A stretch of 64,000 nt of DNA from a bacterium (GCA_030690305.1 JAUYHB010000024.1:260-64259); one strand, 5' to 3'; shown: positions 38,043 through 46,801, numbered from the stretch's first letter. Numbers and translations are program-made. The notes: generated by a model not told the origin, from the letters alone.

Positions 38043-38543
38043 ATGAAGGACAATAATATTATCCTCTATGTGCTCGGCCTAGTCATTGTCGCGAGCATTG
38101 CATTTGGTGTTTGGGTAAATTCAAAACCCAAACCGGCGGTAGTCGAAGATACGAACTCCCCCGTTTCTTCAAATTCGTCTACCCCCTCTAGCTCCTCCGC
38201 CGCCTCACAGACGGGAGGTGCGGTTATAAAAGAAACTCCCGTAACACAGACGCAAACAAACCCGAACGTCAAAACCGTCTTGTATCGGGGTACTTTGTTT
38301 GAACCAGCGATTATCGAGATTAACCACGGTCAAGAAATATTGTTTATAAACAAAAGCAGCAGCGCAATGCGCCTTGTGTTTTCTGTTCCCGGTACCACAG
38401 CCCAAAGCTATACATCATTTGACCAGGTGAAAACCGTAGGCAAGGATGGAACATATCAGCTTATCTTCAATCAACCCGGCATATGGAATTTCTACAACCT
38501 TAACGGCAACAAAGCCGTTATCGGCACCGTTAACGTAAAATAA
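38043..38543 (+). CDS. membrane-anchored hypothetical protein with Ser/Thr-rich linker and beta-sandwich-like domain
   Basis: TM helix, low-complexity 'SSNSSTPSSSSAAS' and a C-terminal beta-rich domain. Confidence 0.45.
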   Translation: MKDNNIILYVLGLVIVASIAFGVWVNSKPKPAVVEDTNSPVSSNSSTPSSSSAASQTGGAVIKETPVTQTQTNPNVKTVLYRGTLFEPAIIEINHGQEILFINKSSSAMRLVFSVPGTTAQSYTSFDQVKTVGKDGTYQLIFNQPGIWNFYNLNGNKAVIGTVNVK

Positions 38544-38605
38544 AGAGTGCTTTGAACAAAACCCCCGCCAAGTTCGCTTGGCGGGGGTTTTTCAAATCTC
38601 GCGAT

Positions 38606-39511
38606 CTAATCGAAAAGGTTGATGAGATATTTATCTATTTCGCGCTGGTCGAGGTCGTAAAAATATTTATTTTCATCATGAAGTTTCGTCGCAAGTGTTA
38701 CACCCACAAACCGCCAGTGCCACGGTTCAAATTGGTAATACAAATTATTTTCGGAGTATGAAAGTACGAAACCGTATTTGTAAGCGTTTTGGGTCAGCCA
38801 TATATATGCGGCAGTATTTTTGAACGTATTAAAACTTGCCCCTAAATCAGGAGTTGTGAAATCAACCGTTGTTCCAAGTTGATGCTCCGAATATCCTTGG
38901 TCGGCGGAAAACTGATTCGCTCCGGACCCGTACGTCACTTTGTAATTAGACTTAAGAGAAGATTGTTCCGCAAAAGACCGATATCCCGAAATGATTTGAA
39001 GCGGGACGGAGTTTGCTTTGGCATCATTTAAAAGTTTCGCAAGATAGAGCCATACGCTTGTCTGAATTGAAATCGTTTTTCCGTTGCGATACGCGTATTC
39101 CGAATTCGTAATGTCAGTGAGGGTAGCGGGGATATAGTTTTCGTTAAGAAAGTAAACTTTTGAATATTTTTTTAGAAGTTCCGGGTCGGTCATGCTCAGC
39201 TTTTGAAGTGTGCCGACAGTACCCGTAATACTTTTAAGCTGAAAATCGAAGTAGTCGTTTTTCCCCTGCTCGACCCTAAGCGCTTCAGCCAAGTTCGTAT
39301 TTTCATTTTGCGCTTGGGCAAAACTCTCCTGCAGTTCGGAAATTTGTGCTTTAAATGCGGCGGTATCCGAAACCAGCTGGCTTTTTGTAGCCGTTAGTTG
39401 TTTTGCCATTGAAAAATAGACGTATACGCTTCCTCCAAGCAAGATAAGCAGAATTGCGACAGTGGCCTGAAGTGGTGTAAAAGGTTTGGATTGGAAGAAG
39501 ACGGCTTTCAT
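38606..39511 (-). CDS. D-alanyl-D-alanine carboxypeptidase, peptidase M15B (VanY-like)
   Basis: 'ISGYRS...SEHQLGTTVDF...EPWHWRFVG'. Confidence 0.75.
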   Translation of the reverse strand: MKAVFFQSKPFTPLQATVAILLILLGGSVYVYFSMAKQLTATKSQLVSDTAAFKAQISELQESFAQAQNENTNLAEALRVEQGKNDYFDFQLKSITGTVGTLQKLSMTDPELLKKYSKVYFLNENYIPATLTDITNSEYAYRNGKTISIQTSVWLYLAKLLNDAKANSVPLQIISGYRSFAEQSSLKSNYKVTYGSGANQFSADQGYSEHQLGTTVDFTTPDLGASFNTFKNTAAYIWLTQNAYKYGFVLSYSENNLYYQFEPWHWRFVGVTLATKLHDENKYFYDLDQREIDKYLINLFD

Positions 39512-39533
39512 AGGAAAAAATTGTACCACAACA

Positions 39534-39566
39534 AAAACCCGTCCGCTTGAAGCGGACGGGTTTGTT
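39534..39566. terminator. bidirectional rho-independent terminator
   Basis: Hairpin aaaacccgtccgcttgaagcggacgggtttgtt. Confidence 0.6.
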
Positions 39567-39796
39567 AAAAATCTTTCAAATTATCCTTCACAATCACATT
39601 CGGAGCATTTCTCCCCCGCTTTGTGCTCGTGTTCGCACATTGCACATTTTACTTCTTCCATTGCGTTAAGTCTTAATGCCTTGTAAATCGACTTTCTCCC
39701 CTATTTTATCATGTCTTTAAAAACAGCAAAATATAAATAAAAAAAAGCCCGTCAAATTTTATTTTGAACGGACTTTTCAGTTTCTCAGAGAAGCAA

Positions 39797-40069
39797 TTAC
39801 GAATCAAAAACAGCGGGAGACGCGAGAGCACCTAAAGTTTCCTGGTCTTCAAGAGGATTAAAAATGCGGTCATCCTCCTTTCGAATATCTTTTTTGTAGG
39901 ACTCGAGATGTTCTTGGTATCCTTGTATGGAGGCGGAACATTCCGCCTTATGAAACACTCTCCACCACGAAAGCGACATTCTGTATTTTTCTAGCACATC
40001 AATACGCTTTTCGATTTCCCGTACCACGGCTTGGTCCAAAGTTACATGTTCCGAAGTTGTTTTTTGCAT
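39797..40069 (-). CDS. hypothetical protein (90 aa)
   Basis: ORF only, inside the ORF-poor tRNA-Asn locus. Confidence 0.35.
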   Translation of the reverse strand: MQKTTSEHVTLDQAVVREIEKRIDVLEKYRMSLSWWRVFHKAECSASIQGYQEHLESYKKDIRKEDDRIFNPLEDQETLGALASPAVFDS

Positions 40070-40185
40070 CGGACACCTCCCAAAAAAATGGTTAAGAACA
40101 GCAACAATTCCTCAATTTCTAGTAAGAAAGATAGCACAAAAAAACTGAGAAGTCAAGCATCCTCCGAAAGGCTGCGAGGAGAAAC

Positions 40186-40312
40186 TTTATTTTGATTTTT
40201 TGCGGGAAGCTCTTTCCGCAAGCATCAGTCTCTTTATCGCAAGACGCTTCTTTGTCTTGGGGGAATGTTTTGATTTTCTTTTCGGACTAAGGAATCCGCC
40301 TCTTTTTGCCAT
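40186..40312 (-). CDS. 41-aa highly basic small protein (possible ribosomal or nucleic-acid-binding)
   Basis: 'MAKRGGFLSPKRKSKHSPKTKKRLAIKRLMLAERASRKKSK'. Below the ORF-track length cut-off. Confidence 0.3.
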
Positions 40313-40504
40313 ATAAATAAGTAGTTAATGAATAGTCGACTAATTCTACACCGATAAGAAAATTAAACAACCTTGAATATTCCTCCCCTTCTGGTATGAA
40401 GTGAGAACTACATTAAGAGATTTAAAATGTAAAAATTAAATTGTATATAAAAGAAAACCACCTGCAAATTTAAGGTGATTTCCTTACATTCGAGGTGGTT
40501 TAGG

Positions 40505-40672
40505 CTAGAACGCAAAACTTAATGTGCAAAGTCTGAGACCGCGGCGAGCAAGCGCTCGGTCAACAATGCCACAAATTCTTGTTTGTACACTTTTTTTCTT
40601 GAGTTGTTCACTTGTTAAAACACGTGAACATCTTTGAAGAACTTTTTTCAGAACACCATTCACCTGATTCAT
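40505..40672 (-). CDS. 55-aa small protein with sigma region-4-like HTH resemblance
   Basis: 'LTSEQLKKKSVQTRICGIVDRALARRGLR'. Terminator hairpin aaccacct...aggtggtt lies just downstream. Confidence 0.3.
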   Translation of the reverse strand: MNQVNGVLKKVLQRCSRVLTSEQLKKKSVQTRICGIVDRALARRGLRLCTLSFAF

Positions 40673-40760
40673 GGCTGCATCTCCAGTAAAGGGTTAGGGT
40701 TTCTGGTTCAACCAGTCTAAGCCTTATTGTACACCGTAATACAATATTTGTCAATATCTA

Positions 40761-40779
40761 GCTCCCCCGGGAGGATTCG
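40761..40779 (-). repeat. partial copy 2 of the tRNA-Asn 3' end (T-loop to discriminator), att-site-like
   Basis: 19/19 identical to 41125-41143. Its copy of the 41122-40943 unit spans 40921-40761 and is closed by a terminator hairpin at about 40880-40905. Confidence 0.7.
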
Positions 40780-40921
40780 GTCACAGGTTCTTGCTTCGCA
40801 GACCTGCGACCCCGACTCGGCGCTTCATCCTGCCCCGCAGGCGCGCCTCCGTCTTTCGAACCCCCTAACCGTGGAAGTTGGAAATACAAAAACGCCCGTG
40901 AAGGGCGTCTTGATTTTCAAA

Positions 40922-40940
40922 GCTCCCCCGGGAGGATTCG
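40922..40940 (-). repeat. partial copy 1 of the tRNA-Asn 3' end, att-site-like
   Basis: 19/19 identical to the tRNA 3' end. Both copies also share two further flanking nt (agctcccccgggaggattcgg). Confidence 0.7.
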
Positions 40941-41122
40941 GCTACACGTCTTATCTCGCCGTCGCTCGGTAAACTCGCAGCCCGCCCCTCGCGGTTTTGT
41001 CTGCTGACAAAACATCGCTGCGGTCTTCGAATCCTCACGAACGCACAACAATGTGCGTTCTCCGTTTGGAAAACCTAAACGATAAAAAAGACCCTGCGTG
41101 GAGCAAGGTCTTTTTTATTCGT

Positions 41123-41197
41123 TGGCTCCCCCGGGAGGATTCGAACCTCCGACCAATCGATTAACAGTCGATTGCTCTACCGCTGAGCTACAGGGGA
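41123..41197 (-). tRNA. tRNA-Asn (anticodon GTT)
   Basis: TCCCCTGTAGCTCAGCGGTAGAGCAATCGACTGTTAATCGATTGGTCGGAGGTTCGAATCCTCCCGGGGGAGCCA. Terminator hairpin immediately 3' (41089-41120). Confidence 0.9.
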
Positions 41198-41289
41198 ATG
41201 TAGTTATATTATTCCGCTCTGTTCTATGATTGCAAATTTTTATTCTTAGCAATCTCCTTACAGTGCGATCTCCTTACAGGAGCTGCACA

Positions 41290-41367
41290 CCCTTTGAGAT
41301 ATTTTACTTCGTTCCTCATAAAATATCTCAAAGGGTCTTGCGAAGCTCCAAGTCTTCACTTCTCACT
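41290..41367. repeat. perfect 17-bp-stem hairpin plus a 34-bp module (copy R4) shared with 46156-46189
   Basis: ccctttgagatatttta...taaaatatctcaaaggg. 'ggtcttgcgaagctccaagtcttcacttctcact' is the reverse complement of 46156-46189 with one mismatch. Confidence 0.6.
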
Positions 41368-41429
41368 CCACCGCCAAGCTACAGGGGAATAATAAAGACT
41401 ATACTAGCAAAAAATCGCTATCCTGCAAT

Positions 41430-42191
41430 CTACTCTCTTATTCTCCAGCCCTTGGCAAAAAGACGTTCTACAAGCACGGAAAGACCGATAATCAGAAAAA
41501 GGGTCATGAGCATGCCGAACGTCTGATTGGCTTCGCTGATACCAACCATTGAAAACCGGATACCATCCGCAAAATAGAAAAACGGATTCCATAAAGCAAT
41601 AACGTGCAAATTTTGCGGAAGCATTGAGATTGAGTAGAAAACACCTCCGAGAAAAGAAAGGGGCGTGATAATGAATGTGTTCCATACGCTTAACTGTTCG
41701 AATCCGCCCGCCTGAAGACCAGCAAGAATTCCCAATAGCGAGAAAATTGCAGACACACCGATAAGGTAGAAAAGGAAAAAGCCAAAATGTTCCATCTGTG
41801 CCACACCAAACAAAACGGCAATGAAAAGCACCCCCACACCAACCAAAATGCCGCGAACGACTCCGCTTAAAGTAAACCCAATTACCATTTCAAGATGGGA
41901 AAGAGGAGCAACAAGTATTTCTTGGATATTGCGCGTCCAACGGCCGAAATAAACTGCGGAAGAAGTGCTTCCAAAAGCGGCCGCGACAACATTCATCATC
42001 AGAATCCCCGGCAACACAAAGGAAATGTAAGAAACACCGCCGATAAGGTCTATCTTCCCGCCAACTATCGAACCGAAAATGAAAATGTAGAGGAAGGCGG
42101 AAATCAGAGGGGTAACAATCGTTTGTGTGATGACCCTAAACGTTCGCTCAACCTCTCTGCGTATCAATGTGTAAAATCCTACCCAGTTCAT
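41430..42191 (-). CDS. ABC-2 type transporter permease
   Basis: Six TM helices, ABC-2 family pattern. Confidence 0.8.
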   Translation of the reverse strand: MNWVGFYTLIRREVERTFRVITQTIVTPLISAFLYIFIFGSIVGGKIDLIGGVSYISFVLPGILMMNVVAAAFGSTSSAVYFGRWTRNIQEILVAPLSHLEMVIGFTLSGVVRGILVGVGVLFIAVLFGVAQMEHFGFFLFYLIGVSAIFSLLGILAGLQAGGFEQLSVWNTFIITPLSFLGGVFYSISMLPQNLHVIALWNPFFYFADGIRFSMVGISEANQTFGMLMTLFLIIGLSVLVERLFAKGWRIRE

Positions 42192-42345
42192 CCCGTTAGA
42201 AATTTATTTATAAAGATATCCTGCGCAGTGCGTCTGCCGAATAGGCAGTTCCCGTTATGAGCGAAGCGCTGCGCCGACAAGAAGGACGTGGCTATTTGCC
42301 ACTCGCGCTTCGCGTGGTTATGTAAAGATAAATTTCGTACGGGAC

Positions 42346-43080
42346 TCATGATGTTTTGGGTTTTTCTTCTTTGGTTAACTCTAAAAATCGCTCCTCGAGT
42401 TTTTTGCCCCCTTCAAGGAATACTTCCTTTTTATCAAGTGCGATAATTTTCCCTTTGTGAATAATGGCAATGCGGTCGCACAGCCGCTCAACTTCTTCAA
42501 GATAGTGCGAGGTAAGAAGGATGGTTTTTCCTTTTTTGTTCAAATCTTGGAGGTACTCCCACAAGTCATGTCTCATTTCGACATCAACACCCGCAGTCGG
42601 TTCGTCGAGAATCAAAACTTCAGGGTCATGCATCAAGGCTCGTGCGAGCATCACACGACGCTTAAGCCCGCCGGAAAGCCATTGAAATGGTTTAGTGGCA
42701 TGCGGAAGAAGATCAAATTGAACCAAAAGTTCATTGATGCGTTTTTTCCGTTCCGCGCTCCTCATGCCATAATATCCCCCCATATAATCGAGAATCTTTC
42801 GGGTAGTCGAAAAAATATCAACATTGAATTCCTGGGGAGACAGTCCCACTTTTTTTCGCGCCTCGCGGTAGTTGTTTTTTACATCAGCTCCACCGACAAG
42901 AATTGAGCCCTCGGCATACGTTGCGATTCCCGTAATACAATGGATTGTTGTCGTTTTCCCCGCTCCGTTCACTCCCAAAAATCCGAAAAACTCTCCTTTC
43001 TCTATACGAAAAGAAATGTCGTCGACAGCGACGGCATTTTTATATTTCTTTTTCAGATGTGTAATTTCTAGCGCACTCAC
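42346..43080 (-). CDS. ABC transporter ATP-binding protein
   Basis: 'GFLGVNGAGKTT', 'LSGGLKRR', 'ILDEPTAGVD'. Confidence 0.9.
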   Translation of the reverse strand: MSALEITHLKKKYKNAVAVDDISFRIEKGEFFGFLGVNGAGKTTTIHCITGIATYAEGSILVGGADVKNNYREARKKVGLSPQEFNVDIFSTTRKILDYMGGYYGMRSAERKKRINELLVQFDLLPHATKPFQWLSGGLKRRVMLARALMHDPEVLILDEPTAGVDVEMRHDLWEYLQDLNKKGKTILLTSHYLEEVERLCDRIAIIHKGKIIALDKKEVFLEGGKKLEERFLELTKEEKPKTS

Positions 43081-43157
43081 GGCTCCCCATTATAACAAAT
43101 AAAATCTTTTGGCAAAATTCCCAATGCACTTCTGTGTAACGTAGTATAATTGGGCAT

Positions 43158-43652
43158 ATGCATCTTTCTCGCGCTTCCTTCCTTTCATATATGCGCAATT
43201 TTATTTTTGGCGCGGAAGACAGTCTTGTGTCTACGGTGGGTTTGCTTGCAGGTATTGCCGCGGCAGGAACTGAAAAACGAGAGATTGTCATTGCCGGTCT
43301 TGTCCTGATTACCGTGGAAGCCTTTTCCATGGGCATTGGGAGCTACCTTTCGGAACGCAGCCTCAGCGATTCCGAGAGCAAAGACGGGGAAAGAAAAACC
43401 ATTGTGGGAGCCCTGATTATGCTTCTTTCTTATGCCCTGGCCGGCTTTATTCCCCTTTCCCCATATTTGTTTCTTCCAATAGATATTGCCTCGAATACAT
43501 CCATCGGAGCCACTTTGGCGTCTTTGTTCCTGCTCGGAATAATCAGCGCGCGAGCGTTAAAAACAAATGTGCTGAAAAATGCTTTTCGTCTATTGTTTTT
43601 TGGCGGAATTGCTTCCCTGTTGGGAATCGCCGTCGGTATTGCGCTTAAATAG
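43158..43652 (+). CDS. VIT1/CCC1 family (DUF125) membrane protein, short form
   Basis: 'GAEDSLVSTVGLLAGIAAA......IAGLVLITVEAFSMGIGSYLSERS'. Confidence 0.65.
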   Translation: MHLSRASFLSYMRNFIFGAEDSLVSTVGLLAGIAAAGTEKREIVIAGLVLITVEAFSMGIGSYLSERSLSDSESKDGERKTIVGALIMLLSYALAGFIPLSPYLFLPIDIASNTSIGATLASLFLLGIISARALKTNVLKNAFRLLFFGGIASLLGIAVGIALK

Positions 43653-43688
43653 AAGCGCGGTACTATAACAAATAGAAAGGAGGTGCGT

Positions 43689-43985
43689 ATGGACGAAAAC
43701 GACCATTTGTCTCTGGAGATGCAAGGTGGTAGTGGATTCGTCAAAGAGCAGAGATGGAGACGGACATTGTGTGGTGCAGTGCTCCTTGAACTTCCTGAAC
43801 ATTTGAAAAAGGCTTTTTTCAGGTATGAAAAATCATTTCCGAAAAAGTCTTTGCGTACATCGGGACTCATTACACCCAAGAGCCGCTGTTGCGGTGCGAG
43901 ACTCCACTTAAGCAAGGGAGGAATCCGCAAAGAAATCTGCAACAAGTGTGGAAAACCGAATCCACCACCTGTCCGTTATTGCTAA
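43689..43985 (+). CDS. hypothetical protein with C-terminal Cys cluster (CC...CNKCG)
   Basis: SD 'aaaggagg' 6 nt before the ATG and a terminator downstream. Confidence 0.5.
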   Translation: MDENDHLSLEMQGGSGFVKEQRWRRTLCGAVLLELPEHLKKAFFRYEKSFPKKSLRTSGLITPKSRCCGARLHLSKGGIRKEICNKCGKPNPPPVRYC

Positions 43986-44105
43986 AGACCGCTATCAACC
44001 CTATGTAGCGGTCTTTTTTTAGGGGTTGCCTAAATTTATTGACACGGTATAATGGGTGCTTGGTTGAACATTATCAGTCGTAATTTTGTTTTTGACTGAA
44101 GTAAT

Positions 44106-44213
44106 ATGGACGAAATGAACAACTCCATGGAAAACATGGACGAGCAGAAGAAGCCGGAAGAAACAACTGAAGGCACAGAAGAAAGCACAGAAACTTCTTC
44201 TGAAGAAGAATAG
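44106..44213 (+). CDS. 35-aa highly acidic peptide (or the coding-looking part of a small RNA)
   Basis: 'ttgaca'/'ggtataat' promoter-like elements at about 44040-44056, no SD, strong terminator at 44225-44258. Confidence 0.25.
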   Translation: MDEMNNSMENMDEQKKPEETTEGTEESTETSSEEE

Positions 44214-44224
44214 ACAGAAATCGA

Positions 44225-44258
44225 AAACCCCTCCGCCTTAAGCGGAGGGGTTTTGTTT
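44225..44258. terminator. rho-independent terminator (bidirectional, also serves yvcK)
   Basis: aaaacccctccgcttaagcggaggggttttgtttt. Confidence 0.65.
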
Positions 44259-44264
44259 TAGAGT

Positions 44265-45236
44265 CTAAAGTTTCCCTATAATGGCCGCTATTTTATGAGA
44301 ATCGTGACGTAGGACGGATGTGTCGTCATAAATATCGTCTATCACTATTTTCCCCCCGTATTGCGAAAGCGCGCCATCTATAATAACCGGATATTTCTTT
44401 TCCGCTTCGTAACCCTTTAACAGGGGCGAGGGCACAACTTTCGAGTTCCCGACAATAACATCAAAATGTTTCATCCCAAGATACAACAGTACTTCGCGGG
44501 CGAAGTCGGATGCGCAAAATCCGTGAGTTTCGCCCCACTTTGTCATCAAATTAAGTATATAAACTTTTTTTGCGCGACTTTCCCGAATCGCTTCCGAAAC
44601 CCCTTTTACCAGAAGATTCGGAATTATCGATGTATATAAATCTCCTGGACCGATAATAATCATATCCGCCTGCGTAATGGCTTCCCGGGTTTTTTCGTAC
44701 ACATGTGCTTCGGGCTTAAGAAAAACTTTCTCTATGCGTTTTGAGCCGTCATGTTTGGGAATATCGATGTTGGTTTCTCCCTCAATTATGCTCCCATCTT
44801 CAAGTTCCGCGCATAACTGCGATTTGTGCACGCTTACGGGCAAGACGGTGCCTTTAATATTGAGAAGCTTCCCCGCTTCCGCTATCGCCTCCGCATCGTC
44901 AGACTTGATGTGTGCAAGAGCCGTTAAAAATAAATTGCCGAAATTGTGCCCGTGAAGGGTGCTCCCCGGATTATTGAAACGAAAATTAAAAAGACTTCGC
45001 AGTGTTTCTTCCCGCTCCCCTCCCGACAAAGCGACGAGACACCGGCGCGCATCGCCCGGCGGTAAAACTCCGAATTCGTCTCGGAGAATTCCGCTTGAAC
45101 CACCCGAATCAAACATCGTGACCACGGCGGTGATGTCAAACGGATATTCCTTCAGACCACGGAGCATAACAAAGCTTCCGGTGCCGCCCCCGATGACGAC
45201 TACTTTCTTTTTCCTTGTCGGGCTAAGAAAGCGCAT
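44265..45236 (-). CDS. yvcK: YvcK/UPF0052 (CofD-like) gluconeogenesis-factor family protein
   Basis: 'VVVIGGGTGSFVMLRGLKEY...TAVVTMFDSGGSSG'. Confidence 0.8.
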   Translation of the reverse strand: MRFLSPTRKKKVVVIGGGTGSFVMLRGLKEYPFDITAVVTMFDSGGSSGILRDEFGVLPPGDARRCLVALSGGEREETLRSLFNFRFNNPGSTLHGHNFGNLFLTALAHIKSDDAEAIAEAGKLLNIKGTVLPVSVHKSQLCAELEDGSIIEGETNIDIPKHDGSKRIEKVFLKPEAHVYEKTREAITQADMIIIGPGDLYTSIIPNLLVKGVSEAIRESRAKKVYILNLMTKWGETHGFCASDFAREVLLYLGMKHFDVIVGNSKVVPSPLLKGYEAEKKYPVIIDGALSQYGGKIVIDDIYDDTSVLRHDSHKIAAIIGKL

Positions 45237-45241
45237 ACGTT

Positions 45242-46093
45242 TTACTCGGACGGTTTCTTATGAAGTATGAGAGAGGCTATTTCGTCAAACCGCCGTGGCA
45301 GTGTTTCTCGAAAGAAAATTTCTCTTTCGGAAGGTTCGTAGGCCCCGACTTCCTGCCACAAGGCGCGCCCGGCAAGAAATCCCTTTGCTCCGGCTTCAAC
45401 GGCCGTCTGGAGTTGCTCTTTGAAAGCGTCGAAAGATACTCCGCGGGTCAGAAGAATCCACGGGACATTGCCTGCTTTTGTGTTCATTTCCTTACATACA
45501 TACGGGTCACCTTCGGGGAATTCAAGTTTCCACACGTCGGGAATAATATCCTTTGCAATAAGCGCATCCATGGAAGAAAGAATCAGTTCTCCGCGCGATT
45601 TCGGGGCCCCTTCCACTTCGTATGTCACGATCTCAAGGAACAAAGGCATTTGTGCGGAGTGAGCGTCGGCGAGCACTTCTTTGGCCGTTTGAAGTTGCTT
45701 TTCCGCTGATTTGGAAAACGGGTTGAAGTAAAGAAGCAGTTTGACTCCCTGCGCTCCTTTTTCTTTTAAATCTTTAGCTGTGTAGATAATTTTCGTGTAT
45801 CGTTCGTCGGTTCCTCCTTCGTAGCTGGATTCCTCAACACGCAAAAGATAGGGCGGCTGATGAAGAGTTTTCTTTGTCGCTCCCTCGTATGCGGGCAAAC
45901 CATATTCCGAATCAATGAGAACCCCGCTCATCCGGGAAAGCAAAGAAGCGATAATACCCCGTTTGAGTTCAATGATATCCGAAGGGTACACCCCTGCGGG
46001 ATTGCGCGGATTGATAATTTTCCTGAAACTGTCTTCGTGGTCAAGAGCAAGCATCAAAAACGCACCTCTTTTCGTAAATATATCGGCGTTCAT
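45242..46093 (-). CDS. class I aldolase-like protein (LacD/DhnA tagatose/fructose-bisphosphate aldolase family)
   Basis: 'FLMLALDHEDSFRK' N-terminal pattern and TIM-barrel-like composition. Assignment tentative. Confidence 0.5.
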   Translation of the reverse strand: MNADIFTKRGAFLMLALDHEDSFRKIINPRNPAGVYPSDIIELKRGIIASLLSRMSGVLIDSEYGLPAYEGATKKTLHQPPYLLRVEESSYEGGTDERYTKIIYTAKDLKEKGAQGVKLLLYFNPFSKSAEKQLQTAKEVLADAHSAQMPLFLEIVTYEVEGAPKSRGELILSSMDALIAKDIIPDVWKLEFPEGDPYVCKEMNTKAGNVPWILLTRGVSFDAFKEQLQTAVEAGAKGFLAGRALWQEVGAYEPSEREIFFRETLPRRFDEIASLILHKKPSE

Positions 46094-46155
46094 AAAAATT
46101 GTTTGTTTAAGTACAGAAAATTATATCACAGGGAAACCGTAAAAAAGAAAAAGAG

Positions 46156-46250
46156 AGTGAGAAGCGAAGACTTGGAGCTTCGCAAGACCGGAGGAGCGCT
46201 TCCGCTCCGAGGTGGGGTCGCGAAATTTTCTAGTAAGAAAATATTCGTGA
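46156..46250. repeat. repeat copy R3: 34-bp module, GC hairpin and the family palindrome gaaattttctagtaagaaaatatt
   Basis: Shares the palindrome with R1 and R2 and the 34-bp module with 41334-41367. Sits upstream of a 'tgtgatataat' -10 for the aldolase gene. Confidence 0.6.
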
Positions 46251-46290
46251 CAGGATAAAAACCAGAGCAAAAAGCCCCTTCAGGGGGCTT

Positions 46291-46461
46291 TTACTTTTTC
46301 TCTTTGTACACCGTATGCTTCCGGGCTATTGGGTTGTATTTTTTAATTGAAAGTTTCGCCGGAGTATTTTTTTTGTTTTTGGACGTAAAATACACATGGC
46401 CCTTACCTACGCCTTTTGCGTCCCCTTCCGAAACGATTCTTATGAGTTTATCTTGAGACAT
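46291..46461 (-). CDS. rpmG: 50S ribosomal protein L33
   Basis: '[56 protein letters not shown]' matches the bL33 pattern. Terminator hairpin at 46268-46295. Too short for the ORF track. Confidence 0.8.
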   Translation of the reverse strand: MSQDKLIRIVSEGDAKGVGKGHVYFTSKNKKNTPAKLSIKKYNPIARKHTVYKEKK

Positions 46462-46603
46462 AACGAGAAAAAGTATAACAGAAAAAAAAGAAAGCGCAAT
46501 GTCCGTGAATGAGGGTCATTGCGTCTTCCGGGAACATGCTATCATGAAATGCATAAGACCTTTTCGGGGTCGAATTTTATATAACTCCTTTACAAACCAA
46601 ACA

Positions 46604-46801
46604 ATGAATAAAATTGCATGGTGGCTTGTCATCATCGGGGCTCTTAACTGGGGACTCGTAGGGATAGGCGAACTCGTCGGAGGAAATTGGAACATGGTCA
46701 ATTTGCTTCTCGGAAGCATTTCTTCACTTGAAGCCATAGTATACGTGCTCGTTGGCGCTTCGGCAGTCGTTCTCCTCCTTGATAAGAAGAAAATGATGTA
46801 G
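46604..46801 (+). CDS. DUF378 family small membrane protein
   Basis: 'MNKIAWWLVIIGALNWGLVG...'. Confidence 0.7.
   Translation: MNKIAWWLVIIGALNWGLVGIGELVGGNWNMVNLLLGSISSLEAIVYVLVGASAVVLLLDKKKMM

Noticed and set aside
40757-41122. Possible tmRNA (ssrA) or CRISPR-like array because of repeated tRNA-like 3' ends
   Set aside because: The units do not begin with the GGGG acceptor strand needed to pair with the CGGGGGAGC 3' strand, lack a CCA/tag reading frame, and the repeats are tRNA fragments rather than short spacer-separated repeats. Att-site remnants explain them better.
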